Of a stretch of DNA of 64,000 nucleotides, positions 1 to 20,783 are shown one piece after another. Every line of letters starts with the position of its first letter. Within the stretch, counting starts at the first letter, position 1. Position numbers and translations under genes: made by a program. Location: NCBI RefSeq assembly GCF_055900595.2, contig NZ_CM148325.1, one strand, 5' to 3'. Below the pieces are notes generated by a model, which saw only the letters and a program-made list of their open reading frames with translations, had not been told where the DNA came from and searched no databases.

Positions 1-68
1 CGCTACGGCGTTTCACTTCTGAGTTCGGCATGGGGTCAGGTGGGACCACCGCGCTAAGGCCGCCAGGC
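1..68 (-). rRNA. rrfA: 5S rRNA, 3' portion cut by window edge
   Basis: Reverse complement matches the E. coli 5S rRNA sequence (…GCCGAACTCAGAAGTGAAACGCCGTAGCG…); its 5' end (TGCCTGGCGGCC) lies at about 68. Confidence 0.9.
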
Positions 69-162
69 AAATTCTGTTTCATCAGACCGCTTCTGCGTTC
101 TGATTTAATCTGTATCAGGCTGAAAATCTTCTCTCAATCCGCCAAAACATCTTCGGCGTTGT

Positions 163-3066
<2,904 letters not shown>

Positions 3067-3250
3067 CTCACAACCCGAAGATGTTTCTTTCGATTCATCA
3101 TCGTGTTGCGAAAATTTGAGAGACTCACGAACAACTTTCGTTGTTCAGTGTTTCAATTTTCAGCTTGATCCAGATTTTTAAAGAGCAAAACTTCGCAGTG
3201 AACCTTTGCAGGTACACTCTGAAGTATTTTTTATTTAATCACTACAGAGA

Positions 3251-3326
3251 TGGTGGAGCTATGCGGGATCGAACCGCAGACCTCCTGCGTGCAAAGCAGG
3301 CGCTCTCCCAGCTGAGCTATAGCCCC
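3251..3326 (-). tRNA. alaT: tRNA-Ala (anticodon UGC), spacer tRNA
   Basis: Reverse complement is GGGGCTATAGCTCAGCTGGGAGAGCGCCTGCTTTGCACGCAGGAGGTCTGCGGTTCGATCCCGCATAGCTCCACCA. Confidence 0.95.
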
Positions 3327-3368
3327 ATAACATGTAGTTAAAACCTCTTCAAATTTGCGGTGCAAATT

Positions 3369-3445
<77 letters not shown>

Positions 3446-3513
3446 GTAGAGGTTTTACTGCTCATTCTCATCAGACAATCTGTGTGAGCACTGCAAAGAA
3501 CAGTTCTTTCAGG

Positions 3514-5055
<1,542 letters not shown>

Positions 5056-5236
5056 AAAAGTTTGATGCTCAAAGAATTAAACTTCGTAATGAATTACATG
5101 TTCACTCTTGAGACTTGGTATTCATTTTTCGTCTTGCGACGTTAAGAATCCGTATCTTCGAGTGCCCACACAGATTGTCTGATAAATTGTTAAAGAGCAG
5201 TGCCGCTTCGCTTTTTCTCAGCGGCGCGGGGTGTGC

Positions 5237-5264
5237 ATAATACGCTTTCCCGCTTCAGAGTCAA
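5237..5264 (-). promoter_or_regulatory. rrn P2 promoter (-35 TTGACT, -10 TATTAT, GC-rich discriminator)
   Basis: Minus-strand reading: TTGACTctgaagcgggaaagcgTATTATgcacaccccgcgccgc; a boxA-like antiterminator (TGCTCTTTAACAA) follows in the leader at about 5187-5199. Confidence 0.75.
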
Positions 5265-5354
5265 GCATTTTTTTGCTTTTCTCTGTCGAGATTCTCAGGA
5301 GAATCTCGCTGACCCGGCGGCGTGTTTGCCGTTGTTCCGTGTCAGTGGTGGCGC

Positions 5355-5405
5355 ATTATAGGGAGTTATTCCGGCCTGACAAGAGGAAATTTAAAATAAT
5401 TTTCC
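5355..5405 (-). promoter_or_regulatory. rrn P1 promoter with AT-rich UP element
   Basis: Minus-strand reading: aaaattattttaaatttcctcTTGTCAggccggaataactcccTATAATgcgcc; classic rrn P1 architecture with a GCGC discriminator. Confidence 0.75.
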
Positions 5406-5431
5406 GACCGCGCATTTTTTACTCTTTATGC

Positions 5432-5977
5432 TTATTTCAGCGTCGGTTTGTCGGTTAAATGGGCGATTTCTCGGGCGAAATTCGCCACCTGCTGCCAATC
5501 GGTATAGACAACTTCTTTGCGCGTATCCGTTTCACCGCCTGACATCTTCATAATCAGCTTGATCATAAAGCGGTCGTACCAGCGGTAACGTGGATAACGT
5601 AGCGCCCCGGCAATGACGGCACAGCGATCGGGACGCCATTGTGAACTCATCAGAAACTTCCGCGCGTAGCTGTTGGTCTGTGGAGTACGCTTCTCCGGTT
5701 TACGCGCCACCAGGTTTACGGAGTAAAAGGCGCTCGGCATCGAATTCAGCCGCGTCGCATGCTTTTTGACAAATTCCTGGAACGCAGAGTGGTAGTGACC
5801 ATAGCGAATAGAAGCACCAATGACCACGCGATCGTAGTTTTCCCACTGGGGTTCTTCAATGCGATGCACATTAGCGACATCTGCCTGGATCCCCAGTTCT
5901 TTCAGTTCCGAAGCCAGGTAGGCGGCAATCTCGCGCGTTTGTCCGTCCCTTGTTGAGAAAAGAATTAATGTTTTCAC
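5432..5977 (-). CDS. hemG: protoporphyrinogen IX oxidase, flavodoxin-like
   Basis: 181-aa ORF starting [29 protein letters not shown]…; matches HemG; position immediately upstream of rrnA is conserved. Confidence 0.9.
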   Translation of the reverse strand: MKTLILFSTRDGQTREIAAYLASELKELGIQADVANVHRIEEPQWENYDRVVIGASIRYGHYHSAFQEFVKKHATRLNSMPSAFYSVNLVARKPEKRTPQTNSYARKFLMSSQWRPDRCAVIAGALRYPRYRWYDRFMIKLIMKMSGGETDTRKEVVYTDWQQVANFAREIAHLTDKPTLK

Positions 5978-5988
5978 GTATTACTCCA

Positions 5989-7440
5989 TCATTCACGCCA
6001 GAAAGTCGGGGTAAAGAGCACCAGCAATGTAAAGACCTCGAGACGACCAAACAGCATATTGGCAATCAGGATCCATTTAGCCACCGGGTTCATACTGGTA
6101 AAGTTATCAGCAACCACGCCAAGCCCTGGCCCCAGGTTATTCAATGTCGCAACAACCGAGGCAAAGGCAGAAAAGTCATCCACACCCGTGGCGATAATCG
6201 CCAGCATACTGACGATAAACACCAGGGCATAAGCGGAGAAAAATCCCCAAACAGCTTCGAGGATACGTTCCGGCAGTGCGCGATTCCCCAGCTTAATGCT
6301 GTAAACGGCGTTCGGATGCACCAGTCGTTTCAGCTCACGGTTCCCCTGCTTAAACAGCAGCAGAATGCGGATCACTTTCAGGCCACCGCCCGTAGACCCG
6401 GCGCAACCGCCAATAAATGCTGAACATAAAAGCAGTACCGGCAAAAAGAGCGGCCAGCGGGCAATGCTGTCAGTCGTAAACCCGGCGGTTGTCGCCATCG
6501 ACACCACCTGGAAAAACGCCTGGTTAATTGTCATCAGCGCCGAACTATAGACATTATGAAACCACAGCACGAGGGTACAAATAACCACCAGCGTAAACTG
6601 TACGCCGATAAACATGCGAAATTCCGGATCGCGCCAATAAACCTTCAGACTACGCCCACTTAACAGCGAAAAGTGCAGACCGTAGTTACAGCCGGAGATC
6701 AGCAGGAAGATAGCAATGATAGTGTTAATAGTCGGGCTGTCGAAATAACCGATACTGGCATCATGTGTCGAGAAGCCGCCAATAGCGATAGTCGCAAAGC
6801 TATGGCCGATGGCATCAAAGGCATCCATTCCGGCAAACCACAACGCCAGCGCACAGGCGACGGTCAGCAAGACATAAATCAACCACAGGGTTTTCGCCGT
6901 TTCCGCAATTCGCGGGCGCATTTTGTTATCTTTCAGCGGGCCGGGCATTTCCGCGCGATAGAGCTGCATCCCACCCACGCCGAGGATAGGCAGTATCGCA
7001 ACCGCCAACACGATGATCCCCATCCCGCCAAACCATTGCAGCATCTGGCGATAAAAGAGGATTGCGTGAGGAAGTGTATCCAGTCCCACCAGCGTAGTGG
7101 CCCCCGTGGTAGTCAGACCGGAGAAAGATTCAAAAAACGCATCGGTAATCGTGAGGTTTGGGCTTTCCGAAAAGATAAAAGGGAGCGCACCGACGCTACC
7201 CAACACGGTCCAGAACAGCACCACTATCAGAAACCCTTCACGGGATTTCAGTTCGCCCTTTTCTTTACGGTTCGGCCACCACAGCATAGAACCAATGGCA
7301 AGGGCGACAAAAAAGGTCTGGGTAAAGGCGCGGCCCGCACCATCCCGGTAGATGAGTGCTACCAGCCCAGGGATAATCATGGTCCCTGAAAATAAGATGA
7401 CCAGTAGTCCAACAATTCGGGTAATGGCGCGAAAATGCAT
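5989..7440 (-). CDS. trkH: Trk-system potassium uptake protein
   Basis: 483-aa polytopic membrane ORF starting MHFRAITRIVGLLVILFSG…; synteny with hemG and pepQ. Confidence 0.9.
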   Translation of the reverse strand: MHFRAITRIVGLLVILFSGTMIIPGLVALIYRDGAGRAFTQTFFVALAIGSMLWWPNRKEKGELKSREGFLIVVLFWTVLGSVGALPFIFSESPNLTITDAFFESFSGLTTTGATTLVGLDTLPHAILFYRQMLQWFGGMGIIVLAVAILPILGVGGMQLYRAEMPGPLKDNKMRPRIAETAKTLWLIYVLLTVACALALWFAGMDAFDAIGHSFATIAIGGFSTHDASIGYFDSPTINTIIAIFLLISGCNYGLHFSLLSGRSLKVYWRDPEFRMFIGVQFTLVVICTLVLWFHNVYSSALMTINQAFFQVVSMATTAGFTTDSIARWPLFLPVLLLCSAFIGGCAGSTGGGLKVIRILLLFKQGNRELKRLVHPNAVYSIKLGNRALPERILEAVWGFFSAYALVFIVSMLAIIATGVDDFSAFASVVATLNNLGPGLGVVADNFTSMNPVAKWILIANMLFGRLEVFTLLVLFTPTFWRE

Positions 7441-7478
7441 CTCTGCCGCTTCCTTAGTTCTGCAAAATGAAGTGGGGA

Positions 7479-8096
7479 TTATTCTTCAATCGCTAACAAT
7501 TGCAATGAACCACGGCTAAAATCCGCCAGTTTTGCGGAAAATTCAGCCACTTTCGCCGCCGGAAGCGCCACCCGCAGCAGAACGAATGTCTGATAATCAC
7601 TGTTGATAATTTTGCCGCCACACTGCCCCAGCAATGCTTCAATGCCGGTTAACTGACTATATTCACATTGCAAAGTATATTCGGTTAATGGCGTCTTGCG
7701 TTGGGTCGTTAGCTGGCGCAGTGCCTGATTCACGCCGCCGCCATACGCTTTCACTAACCCACCGGTGCCCAGCAATATGCCGCCGTAGTAGCGCACCACC
7801 ACGGCGGTAATTTCCCCGACGCCGCTGCCCATAAGTTGGGCGAGCATCGGTTTACCTGCCGTTCCCGCGGGTTCCCCGTCATCAGAGAAACCCAGTTGTT
7901 GAGAATCATCCGGTGCGCCAGCTACCCACGCCACGCAATGGTGGCGGGCATCAGGGTGTTCTGCCCGCACCGATTCAACAAACGCTTTCGCCGCCTCGAC
8001 GCCATCGGTATGCGCCAACAGCGTAATGAAGCGGCTTTTTTTGATCTCTTCAACAACCGTGACCGGTGCCGCAGGAATTAACCAGCTTTCCATCAC
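7479..8096 (-). CDS. yigZ: IMPACT-family protein
   Basis: 205-aa ORF; 4-bp overlap with pepQ stop; conserved synteny. Confidence 0.8.
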
Positions 8097-9424
8097 GCCA
8101 GTTTCAGATCCCGGGTCATGTTTTCCACGTTGTTTTCGTGGATCACCACGTTGTCTTCGATACGAATACCGCCGAACGGTTTCAGTGCTTCAATTTTCTG
8201 CCAGTTGAAGTGTTTGCTGAACTGCCCTTCACGCCACGGTGCCAGCAGCGATTCGATGAAGTAGATACCCGGTTCGATGGTTAAGACCATGCCCGGCTGG
8301 AGAATACGGGTGCAGCGCAGGTACGGATATTTTGCCGGTGCCGCGAGGTGCGTACCGCTATCATCCTGCATAAAACCGGCCACGTCATGCACCTGCAGGC
8401 CCAGCGGATGGCCGATACCGTGCGGCATAAACGGTCCGGTAAGATCATTTTCGACCATCGCCTCTTCACTCATATCGGTGATGATTTGATGTTTACGCAG
8501 CAGTTTGGCGATACGCTGATGGAACTGGATGTGGTAATCCACATAGCTGACGCCTGCTTTCATGGTGGCGATCAGCGCCAGTTGTTCATCATTTACGTCT
8601 TTCACCAGCTGTGCATAGTCGTTGTCGCTTTTTGCCGACCAGGTACGAGTCAGGTCAGCCGCATAGCCGTTATATTCGGCCCCGGCATCCAGCAGGAAGC
8701 TGCGCATCTCTTCCGGTGCCTGATGGTCGAGTTTGGTGTAATGCAGTACCGCAGCGTGTTCGTTGAGCGCCACAATGTTGCTGTAAGGCACGTCGGTATC
8801 ACGATGACCGGTCGCGGTCAGATAGGCAATGTTGATATCGAACTCGCTCATGCCAGAACGGAACGCTTCTTCTGCCGCGCGATGACCGTTGACCGCCATT
8901 TTCTGCGCTTCACGCATACAGGCCAGTTCGTACTCGGTTTTGAAGGAGCGGTAGTAATGCAGGTAGTCGATCACCCCTTTCGGGTTGATATTGCTGGCCT
9001 CAATACCCAGTTGCAGCGCACGTTCCGGCACCGGACCGATATAACCGATATTGCCGCGCGCAGCTGGCAACAGGCTACCAATGCCATCGGCTTTCGGCAA
9101 CGCAATTACTTCCACGTCCTCAGTCCAGAAGGAGGTCGGCAGTGGTTCAACGTTGTGCCAGTAATCAACCGGCAGATAAAACCACAGTTTCGGCTTGTTC
9201 ACGCCATCTACCAGCAACCAGCAGTTTGGCACCTGGGTTACCGGCACCCACGCTTTGAATTGCGGGTTCACTTTAAAAGGATAGGGATGATCGTCGAGAA
9301 AAACGTTGAACAGTTCGCCGGAGTGAATAAGTAACGCATCCAGCTTGAAGCGCGCCAGCGCATCGCGAGTCCGTTCCTGTAAGGTAGCTATATGATTTTT
9401 ATAGAGCGAGGCCAGTGATTCCAT
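8093..9424 (-). CDS. pepQ: Xaa-Pro dipeptidase (prolidase)
   Basis: 443-aa ORF starting [26 protein letters not shown]…; M24 metallopeptidase motifs ([13 protein letters not shown]). Confidence 0.92.
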
Positions 9425-9570
9425 TTTTTACCCTTCTGTTTTTTGACCTTAAGTCTCCGCATCTTAGCACAACGTTAATACAGAGCGTGATTTCTGCCGA
9501 GCGTGATCAGATTGGCATTTCTTTAATCTTTTATTTGCATATTTTTAACACAAAATACACACTTCGTCTC

Positions 9571-9587
9571 ATCTGGTACGACCAGAT
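9571..9587 (+). promoter_or_regulatory. FadR operator of fadBA (ATCTGGTACGACCAGAT)
   Basis: Perfect palindrome ATCTGGT-ACG-ACCAGAT, 26 bp upstream of the fadB ATG; corresponds to the known FadR site. Confidence 0.8.
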
Positions 9588-9612
9588 CACCTTGCGGATT
9601 CAGGAGACTGAC

Positions 9613-11802
9613 ATGCTTTACAAAGGCGACACCCTGTACCTTGACTGGCTGGAAGATGGCATTGCCGAACTGGTATTTGATGCCCCAGGTTCAGTTAATA
9701 AACTCGACACTGCGACCGTCGCCAGCCTCGGCGAGGCCATCGGCGTGCTGGAACAGCAATCAGATTTAAAAGGGCTGCTGCTGCGTTCGAATAAAGCAGC
9801 CTTTATCGTCGGTGCTGATATCACCGAATTCTTGTCCCTGTTCCTCGTTCCTGAAGAACAGTTAAGCCAGTGGCTGCATTTTGCCAATAGCGTGTTTAAT
9901 CGCCTGGAAGATCTGCCGGTGCCGACCATTGCTGCCGTCAACGGCTATGCGCTGGGCGGTGGCTGCGAATGTGTGCTGGCGACCGATTATCGTCTGGCGA
10001 CGCCAGATCTGCGCATCGGTCTGCCGGAAACCAAACTGGGCATCATGCCGGGCTTTGGCGGTTCTGTACGTATGCCACGTATGCTCGGTGCTGATAGTGC
10101 GCTGGAAATCATTGCTGCCGGTAAAGATGTCGGCGCGGATCAGGCGCTGAAAATCGGTCTGGTGGATGGCGTAGTCAAAGCAGAAAAACTGGTTGAAGGC
10201 GCGAAGGCGATTTTACGTCAGGCCATTAACGGCGACCTCGACTGGAAAGCGAAACGTCAGCCGAAGCTGGAACCGCTAAAACTGAGCAAGATTGAAGCCA
10301 CCATGAGCTTCACCATCGCTAAAGGAATGGTCGCACAAACAGCAGGGAAACATTACCCCGCGCCCATCACCGCAGTAAAAACCATTGAAGCGGCTGCCCG
10401 TTTTGGTCGTGAAGAAGCATTAAATCTGGAAAACAAAAGTTTTGTCCCGCTGGCGCATACCAACGAAGCTCGCGCACTGGTCGGCATTTTCCTTAACGAT
10501 CAATATGTAAAAGGCAAAGCGAAGAAACTCACCAAAGACGTTGAAACCCCAAAACAGGCCGCTGTGCTGGGCGCAGGCATTATGGGCGGCGGCATTGCTT
10601 ACCAGTCTGCGTGGAAAGGCGTGCCGGTTGTCATGAAAGATATCAATGACAAGTCGTTAACCCTCGGTATGACTGAAGCCGCAAAACTGCTGAACAAGCA
10701 GCTTGAGCGCGGCAAGATCGACGGTCTGAAACTGGCTGGCGTGATCTCCACGATTCATCCAACGCTCGACTACGCCGGGTTTGACCGCGTGGATGTTGTG
10801 GTAGAAGCGGTTGTCGAAAACCCGAAAGTGAAAAAAGCCGTACTGGCAGAAACCGAGCAGAAAGTACGCCCGGATACCGTGCTGGCGTCTAACACTTCAA
10901 CCATTCCTATCAGCGAACTGGCCAACGCGCTGGAACGTCCGGAAAACTTCTGCGGGATGCACTTCTTTAACCCGGTCCACCGGATGCCGTTGGTAGAAAT
11001 AATTCGCGGCGAGAAAAGCTCCGACGAAACCATCGCGAAAGTCGTCGCCTGGGCGAGCAAGATGGGCAAAACGCCGATTGTGGTTAACGACTGCCCCGGC
11101 TTCTTTGTTAACCGCGTGCTGTTCCCCTATTTCGCCGGTTTCAGCCAGCTGCTGCGCGACGGCGCGGATTTTCGCAAGATCGACAAAGTGATGGAAAAAC
11201 AGTTCGGCTGGCCGATGGGTCCGGCATACTTGCTGGATGTCGTGGGCATTGATACCGCGCATCACGCCCAGGCAGTGATGGCAGCAGGTTTCCCGCAGCG
11301 GATGCAGAAAGATTATCGCGATGCCATCGACGCACTGTTTGATGCCAACCGTTTTGGTCAGAAGAACGGCCTTGGTTTCTGGCGTTATAAAGAAGACAGC
11401 AAAGGTAAGCCGAAGAAAGAAGAAGATGCCGCCGTTGACGACCTGCTGGCAGAAGTCAGCCAGCCGAAGCGCGATTTCAGCGAAGAAGAGATTATCGCCC
11501 GCATGATGATCCCGATGGTCAACGAAGTGGTGCGTTGTCTGGAGGAAGGCATTATCGCCACTCCGGCAGAAGCCGATATGGCACTGGTCTACGGCCTGGG
11601 CTTCCCTCCGTTCCACGGCGGCGCGTTCCGCTGGCTGGACACCCTCGGTAGCGCAAAATACCTCGATATGGCACAACAATATCAGCACCTCGGCCCGCTG
11701 TATGAAGTGCCGGAAGGTCTGCGTAATAAAGCGCGTCATAACGAACCGTACTATCCCCTGGTTGAGCCAGCCCGTCCGGTTGGCGACCTGAAAACGGCTT
11801 AA
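9613..11802 (+). CDS. fadB: fatty-acid oxidation complex alpha subunit (enoyl-CoA hydratase / 3-hydroxyacyl-CoA dehydrogenase)
   Basis: Protein from [32 protein letters not shown]…, 729 aa; the ORF track's upstream extension from 9415 is rejected. Confidence 0.93.
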   Translation: MLYKGDTLYLDWLEDGIAELVFDAPGSVNKLDTATVASLGEAIGVLEQQSDLKGLLLRSNKAAFIVGADITEFLSLFLVPEEQLSQWLHFANSVFNRLEDLPVPTIAAVNGYALGGGCECVLATDYRLATPDLRIGLPETKLGIMPGFGGSVRMPRMLGADSALEIIAAGKDVGADQALKIGLVDGVVKAEKLVEGAKAILRQAINGDLDWKAKRQPKLEPLKLSKIEATMSFTIAKGMVAQTAGKHYPAPITAVKTIEAAARFGREEALNLENKSFVPLAHTNEARALVGIFLNDQYVKGKAKKLTKDVETPKQAAVLGAGIMGGGIAYQSAWKGVPVVMKDINDKSLTLGMTEAAKLLNKQLERGKIDGLKLAGVISTIHPTLDYAGFDRVDVVVEAVVENPKVKKAVLAETEQKVRPDTVLASNTSTIPISELANALERPENFCGMHFFNPVHRMPLVEIIRGEKSSDETIAKVVAWASKMGKTPIVVNDCPGFFVNRVLFPYFAGFSQLLRDGADFRKIDKVMEKQFGWPMGPAYLLDVVGIDTAHHAQAVMAAGFPQRMQKDYRDAIDALFDANRFGQKNGLGFWRYKEDSKGKPKKEEDAAVDDLLAEVSQPKRDFSEEEIIARMMIPMVNEVVRCLEEGIIATPAEADMALVYGLGFPPFHGGAFRWLDTLGSAKYLDMAQQYQHLGPLYEVPEGLRNKARHNEPYYPLVEPARPVGDLKTA

Positions 11803-12975
<1,173 letters not shown>

Positions 12976-12980
12976 CCACT

Positions 12981-13094
12981 TGCCGGATGCGGCGTAAACG
13001 CCTTATCCGGTCTACCGATCCTGCGCCCATGTGGGCCTGATAAGACGCGCAAGCGTCGCATCAGGCATCGTGTGCCGAATGCCGGATGCGACAT
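12981..13094. repeat. REP/BIME palindromic unit cluster
   Basis: GCCGGATGCGGCGTAAACGCCTTATCCGG…GCCTGATAAGACGCGCAAGCGTCGCATCAGGC…GCCGGATGCG; typical enterobacterial REP sequences between convergent fadA and fre. Confidence 0.8.
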
Positions 13095-13134
13095 AGATCT
13101 AAATGCCACTGTATAAAGTTTTAGTTGCCGTTCT

Positions 13135-13160
13135 TCCCGCCTGTCAGGGGCGGGTTTTTT
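13135..13160 (+). terminator. rho-independent terminator downstream of fadBA
   Basis: CCCGCCTGTCAGGGGCGGG stem-loop followed by TTTTTTAT. Confidence 0.7.
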
Positions 13161-13165
13161 ATATC

Positions 13166-13867
13166 TCAGATAAATGCAAACGCATCGCCAAACAGGCGAT
13201 CTTCCCGCGCATTACGCTCACTGCAAAACAGGTCACGGGCAATTTTCGCCATCTCAAAACGTCCGGCAATATAGATATCATGCTCTGCCAGCGTGCCGTG
13301 ATCCTGCAATACCGCCGTTAACACGGTGCCAGTACGCCCACGCCAACCCGCTTCCGGTTGTTCAACCACCGGCACCACTTGCAGACCAGGATGCTTCAGC
13401 GAAAGCGCCTCAAGCTCGGAGAGATCATAAAGATGCTGCTCTTCACGCCCGCCCCAGTAAATGGTGATATCACGGTTTGGGTTACGCGCCAGCGCCGTCA
13501 GCAAAATCGAGCGCGCATAAGAGAACCCGGTGCCACCCGCAATCAAAATCATCGGACGTTCTTCATCATCGCGCAGCCACGCTTCTCCGTGGGGAATATC
13601 GACCACGATTTGATGATCTTTGAGAATACGGTCCATAACGGCTTTCGCGTAAAGGTTAATTTCAGAAGCGCCAATATGCAGCTCGATGAAACCTTTTTCA
13701 TCCGGCGTCGAGGCCATTGAAAACGGACGTTTGTCGCGCTCATCCATCACTACCATCAAATACTGACCAGCACGAAAAGAAAAGGCCGCGTCTGGTACGA
13801 TTCGGACACGGTATACGGTATCCGTGATAGCTTCTACCGAGGTCACTTTACAGCTTAAGGTTGTCAT
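13166..13867 (-). CDS. fre: NAD(P)H-flavin reductase
   Basis: Protein from [25 protein letters not shown]…, 233 aa; the ORF-track start at 13900 is an 11-codon upstream extension. Confidence 0.9.
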   Translation of the reverse strand: MTTLSCKVTSVEAITDTVYRVRIVPDAAFSFRAGQYLMVVMDERDKRPFSMASTPDEKGFIELHIGASEINLYAKAVMDRILKDHQIVVDIPHGEAWLRDDEERPMILIAGGTGFSYARSILLTALARNPNRDITIYWGGREEQHLYDLSELEALSLKHPGLQVVPVVEQPEAGWRGRTGTVLTAVLQDHGTLAEHDIYIAGRFEMAKIARDLFCSERNAREDRLFGDAFAFI

Positions 13868-13912
13868 GCGCTTTCTCTGTCGGATCGATAAATAGGGCAA
13901 AACAAACGCGCA

Positions 13913-15406
13913 TCAGGCGCTTTTACCGTTGTTAAAGATGGCCAGTTCATCCCAGATGGCGTCAATATGCGCGACAACATCCGGATCTTTTTTGATGGGA
14001 CGTCCCCATTCACGCTGGGTTTCCCCTGGCCATTTATTCGTGGCATCCAGCCCCATTTTTGAACCCAGCCCGGACACAGGCGAGGCAAAATCCAGATAAT
14101 CAATAGGCGTATTTTCTACCAGAACAGTATCCCGCGCCGGGTCCATACGGGTGGTAATCGCCCAAATCACATCGTTCCAGTCGCGTGCGTTGACGTCATC
14201 ATCGCAAACGATCACAAATTTAGTGTACATAAACTGGCGTAAGAACGACCAGACGCCCATCATGACGCGCTTCGCGTGTCCGGCGTACTGTTTTTTGATC
14301 GTCACTACCGCCAGGCGATAAGAGCAGCCTTCCGGCGGCAGGTAAAAATCGACAATTTCCGGGAACTGTTTTTGCAGAATCGGCACAAACACTTCGTTCA
14401 GTGCGACACCCAGCACCGCAGGTTCATCCGGCGGACGCCCGGTATAGGTGGAATGATAAATCGCATCTTCACGCTGGGTAATATGCGTCACAGTAAATAC
14501 CGGGAAACTATCGACTTCGTTATAGTAACCGGTGTGGTCGCCATACGGCCCTTCCGGCGCCGTTTCACCTTGTTCGATATACCCTTCCAGCACAATCTCC
14601 GCACTGGCGGGCACTTCAAGGTCATTGGAGATACACTTCACCACTTCGGTCTTGGTGCCGCGCAGCAATCCGGCAAACGCATATTCTGAAAGTGTATCCG
14701 GAACGGGCGTTACCGCACCGAGAATCGTGGCGGGATCAGCACCCAGCGCCACAGAAACCGGGAAACGTTCGCCCGGATGCGCCGCGCACCACTCCTGATA
14801 ATCCAGCGCGCCGCCGCGATGCGACAGCCAACGCATAATCAGTTTGTTTTTACCAATCAGCTGCTGGCGATAAATACCCAGATTCTGCCGTTCTTTATTC
14901 GGGCCGCGCGTTACGGTCAGCCCCCAGGTAATCAGCGGCGCGGCATCTTCCGGCCAGCAGGTCATAATGGGAATGCGGTTAAGATCGACGTCATCGCCAG
15001 AGACGATTTTTTGTTGGCAGGGCGCACCACGCAGTCGCTTTGTCGGCATGTTCAATACTTGTTTAAACTGCGGCAGTTTATCAAACAGGTCGCGGAAACC
15101 TTTTGGCGGCTCCGGCTCTTTCAGAAAAGCCAATAATTTACCCACTTCACGCAGCGCCGAAACATCTTCCTGCCCCATGCCCATCGCCACGCGCTTCGGC
15201 GTACCGAACAGGTTGCAAAGCACCGGCATTGAGTACCCTTTAGGGTTTTCGAATAACAGCGCAGGCCCACCGGCACGCAAAGTGCGGTCAGCAATTTCAG
15301 TGATTTCCAGATGCGGATCCACCGGGAGCGTGATACGTTTTAGCTCACCCTGCTGTTCAAGCAGCGTCAGGAAGTCGCGTAAATCGTTATATTTCATGGC
15401 ATCCAT
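13913..15406 (-). CDS. ubiD: 3-octaprenyl-4-hydroxybenzoate decarboxylase
   Basis: 497 aa starting [25 protein letters not shown]…. Confidence 0.92.
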   Translation of the reverse strand: MDAMKYNDLRDFLTLLEQQGELKRITLPVDPHLEITEIADRTLRAGGPALLFENPKGYSMPVLCNLFGTPKRVAMGMGQEDVSALREVGKLLAFLKEPEPPKGFRDLFDKLPQFKQVLNMPTKRLRGAPCQQKIVSGDDVDLNRIPIMTCWPEDAAPLITWGLTVTRGPNKERQNLGIYRQQLIGKNKLIMRWLSHRGGALDYQEWCAAHPGERFPVSVALGADPATILGAVTPVPDTLSEYAFAGLLRGTKTEVVKCISNDLEVPASAEIVLEGYIEQGETAPEGPYGDHTGYYNEVDSFPVFTVTHITQREDAIYHSTYTGRPPDEPAVLGVALNEVFVPILQKQFPEIVDFYLPPEGCSYRLAVVTIKKQYAGHAKRVMMGVWSFLRQFMYTKFVIVCDDDVNARDWNDVIWAITTRMDPARDTVLVENTPIDYLDFASPVSGLGSKMGLDATNKWPGETQREWGRPIKKDPDVVAHIDAIWDELAIFNNGKSA

Positions 15407-15527
15407 TGTAGCCTCTTAATCTGCGCCCATTATACGGCGTTCATCTTTGCGATGCTGTAAATTTGTTAAATTAGCGTGAACTCTGACGGTATAACGCAAA
15501 CCGGGGAATATAATTAACTTAGCGTAA

Positions 15528-16852
<1,325 letters not shown>

Positions 16853-16881
16853 ATGACAACCGCCCTGACGGGCGGTTGAAT

Positions 16882-17658
16882 TTATTCTTCAGTTTTTTCG
16901 CTTTCTGCTTCAGCGTCGTTTTCCTCTTCCCGGTTTCGACCCTTACCAACGTAAAAGCGTGAGAAGAAGACACCGATTTCAAACAGGCAGTACATCGGGA
17001 TCGCCAGCAGCGTTTGCGAGAAGACATCCGGCGGCGTCAGCAGCATCCCGACAACAAATGCGCCAACCAGCACATACGGACGTTTTTTGCGTAAGTCTTC
17101 TGGCGAGGTAATTCCCATCCAGCACAGCAACACAATTGCCACCGGCACTTCAAAGGAGACACCAAACGCCATAAACAGCGCCATAACGAAGCTTAAATAG
17201 CTGGCGATGTCGGTGGATACCTGTACCCCTTCCGGCGCGGTATTGGCAAGGAAGCCAAATGCCAGAGGAAAGACCACAAAGTAGGCGAACGCCATGCCGA
17301 TATAAAACAGCAGAGAGCTGGAAACCAGCAGCGGCACCACCAGGCGACGTTCGTGCTTATACAATGCTGGGGCGATAAACGCCCACACCTGATAGAGAAT
17401 CACCGGCGCTGATAGAATCAGCGACACCATAAAGGTTAGCTTGATCGGCGTAAAGAACGGCGAGGCCACGTCAGTGGCGATCATCGTTGAGCCTTGCGGT
17501 AACTGCTTGATCAATGGCGCGGATACCAGGTGATAGATGTCATTGGCGAAATAGACCAGACACAGGAATATCACGATCACCGCGATAATGCAGTTCAGCA
17601 GACGCTTACGCAGCTCAATCAGATGCGTGATAAGCGGTTGAGTATCTTCTACAGACAT
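16882..17658 (-). CDS. tatC: twin-arginine translocase subunit TatC
   Basis: 258 aa starting [23 protein letters not shown]…; six-TM protein. Confidence 0.93.
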
Positions 17659-17660
17659 GT

Positions 17661-18176
17661 TTACGGTTTATCACTCGACGAAGGGGAAGGTGCAGCGGTT
17701 TTCGGTTCAGCGTCCGCAGCAGGTTTTACCACCGGCTCTGGCGTGGTTTCTGGCTTCTGTTCTGGCGAACTGGCCTGCGTTTGTGCAGCGGCAGGCGTTA
17801 CGCCTTCATGCGCAGCTTCATTATCTTTCACCACCGGATTATGGATGGTGTGCGCTTCATCGCTCGCCTTTTCAGGATCGTTTGCAACGTAGGAACGCTT
17901 CATCGACTCCGCGGCCTGGCGTAGTTCATCCATCGACGCTTTCAGTTCGGGCGTCAGGTTAGTGAGGCTCGCCTTTTCAACCTTTTTCAGGCTGTCCTGA
18001 AACTCCTGGAGTTTTAACTCCTGGGTCAGTTCGTTCTGCACCGTTGTCGCCAGTGAACGCAACGCGCGAATCCAGCCCGCTACCGTTTTTACCGCCACAG
18101 GCAGTCGTTGCGGCCCCAGAACGACGAGGCCGATGATGAACACCAATAGCAGTTCGCTAAAACCGATATCAAACAC
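17661..18176 (-). CDS. tatB: twin-arginine translocase subunit TatB
   Basis: 171 aa starting [26 protein letters not shown]…. Confidence 0.93.
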
Positions 18177-18179
18177 GGA

Positions 18180-18449
18180 TTACACCTGCTCTTTATCGTG
18201 GCGCTTTGCGTCTTCTGTTTTAGCCTGTTCCTGATTCGTATCCGCCTGCTTATCGGCGATAGTTTTCGCAGTAAAATCAGCATCCTGACTGGTTTTATCC
18301 TGCTTTGGTTCATCATCGCTCATTGCTTTTTTAAAGCCTTTGATCGACGCACCAAGATCGGAACCGATGGAGCCGAGCTTTTTGGTGCCAAAAAGCAGTA
18401 CAACGATGACGGCAATAATCAATAACTGCCAAATACTGATACCACCCAT
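18180..18449 (-). CDS. tatA: twin-arginine translocase subunit TatA
   Basis: 89 aa from [27 protein letters not shown]…; the ORF-track start at 18491 is an upstream extension. Confidence 0.92.
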   Translation of the reverse strand: MGGISIWQLLIIAVIVVLLFGTKKLGSIGSDLGASIKGFKKAMSDDEPKQDKTSQDADFTAKTIADKQADTNQEQAKTEDAKRHDKEQV

Positions 18450-18527
18450 ACATGTTCCTCTGTGGTAGATGATGATTAAACAAGGCCGCATTATACGTTA
18501 CACGGCCCGCCTTGAGCGATGAAAAAA

Positions 18528-20770
<2,243 letters not shown>

Positions 20771-20783
20771 TTCCGGTCTCCTG

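Noticed and set aside
6673-7389. 238-aa plus-strand ORF
   Set aside because: Antisense to trkH; arginine/glutamine-rich low-complexity product.
8348-9334. 328-aa plus-strand ORF
   Set aside because: Antisense to pepQ, which has a clear full-length match; Cys/His/Arg-rich translation typical of antisense frames.
9415-9612. N-terminal extension of fadB proposed by the ORF track
   Set aside because: It would read through the fadB promoter and FadR operator; the conserved FadB N-terminus begins [12 protein letters not shown] at 9613.
13103-13321. Small ORFs in the fadA-fre REP region
   Set aside because: They overlap REP palindromes and the fre coding strand; no RBS; likely spurious.
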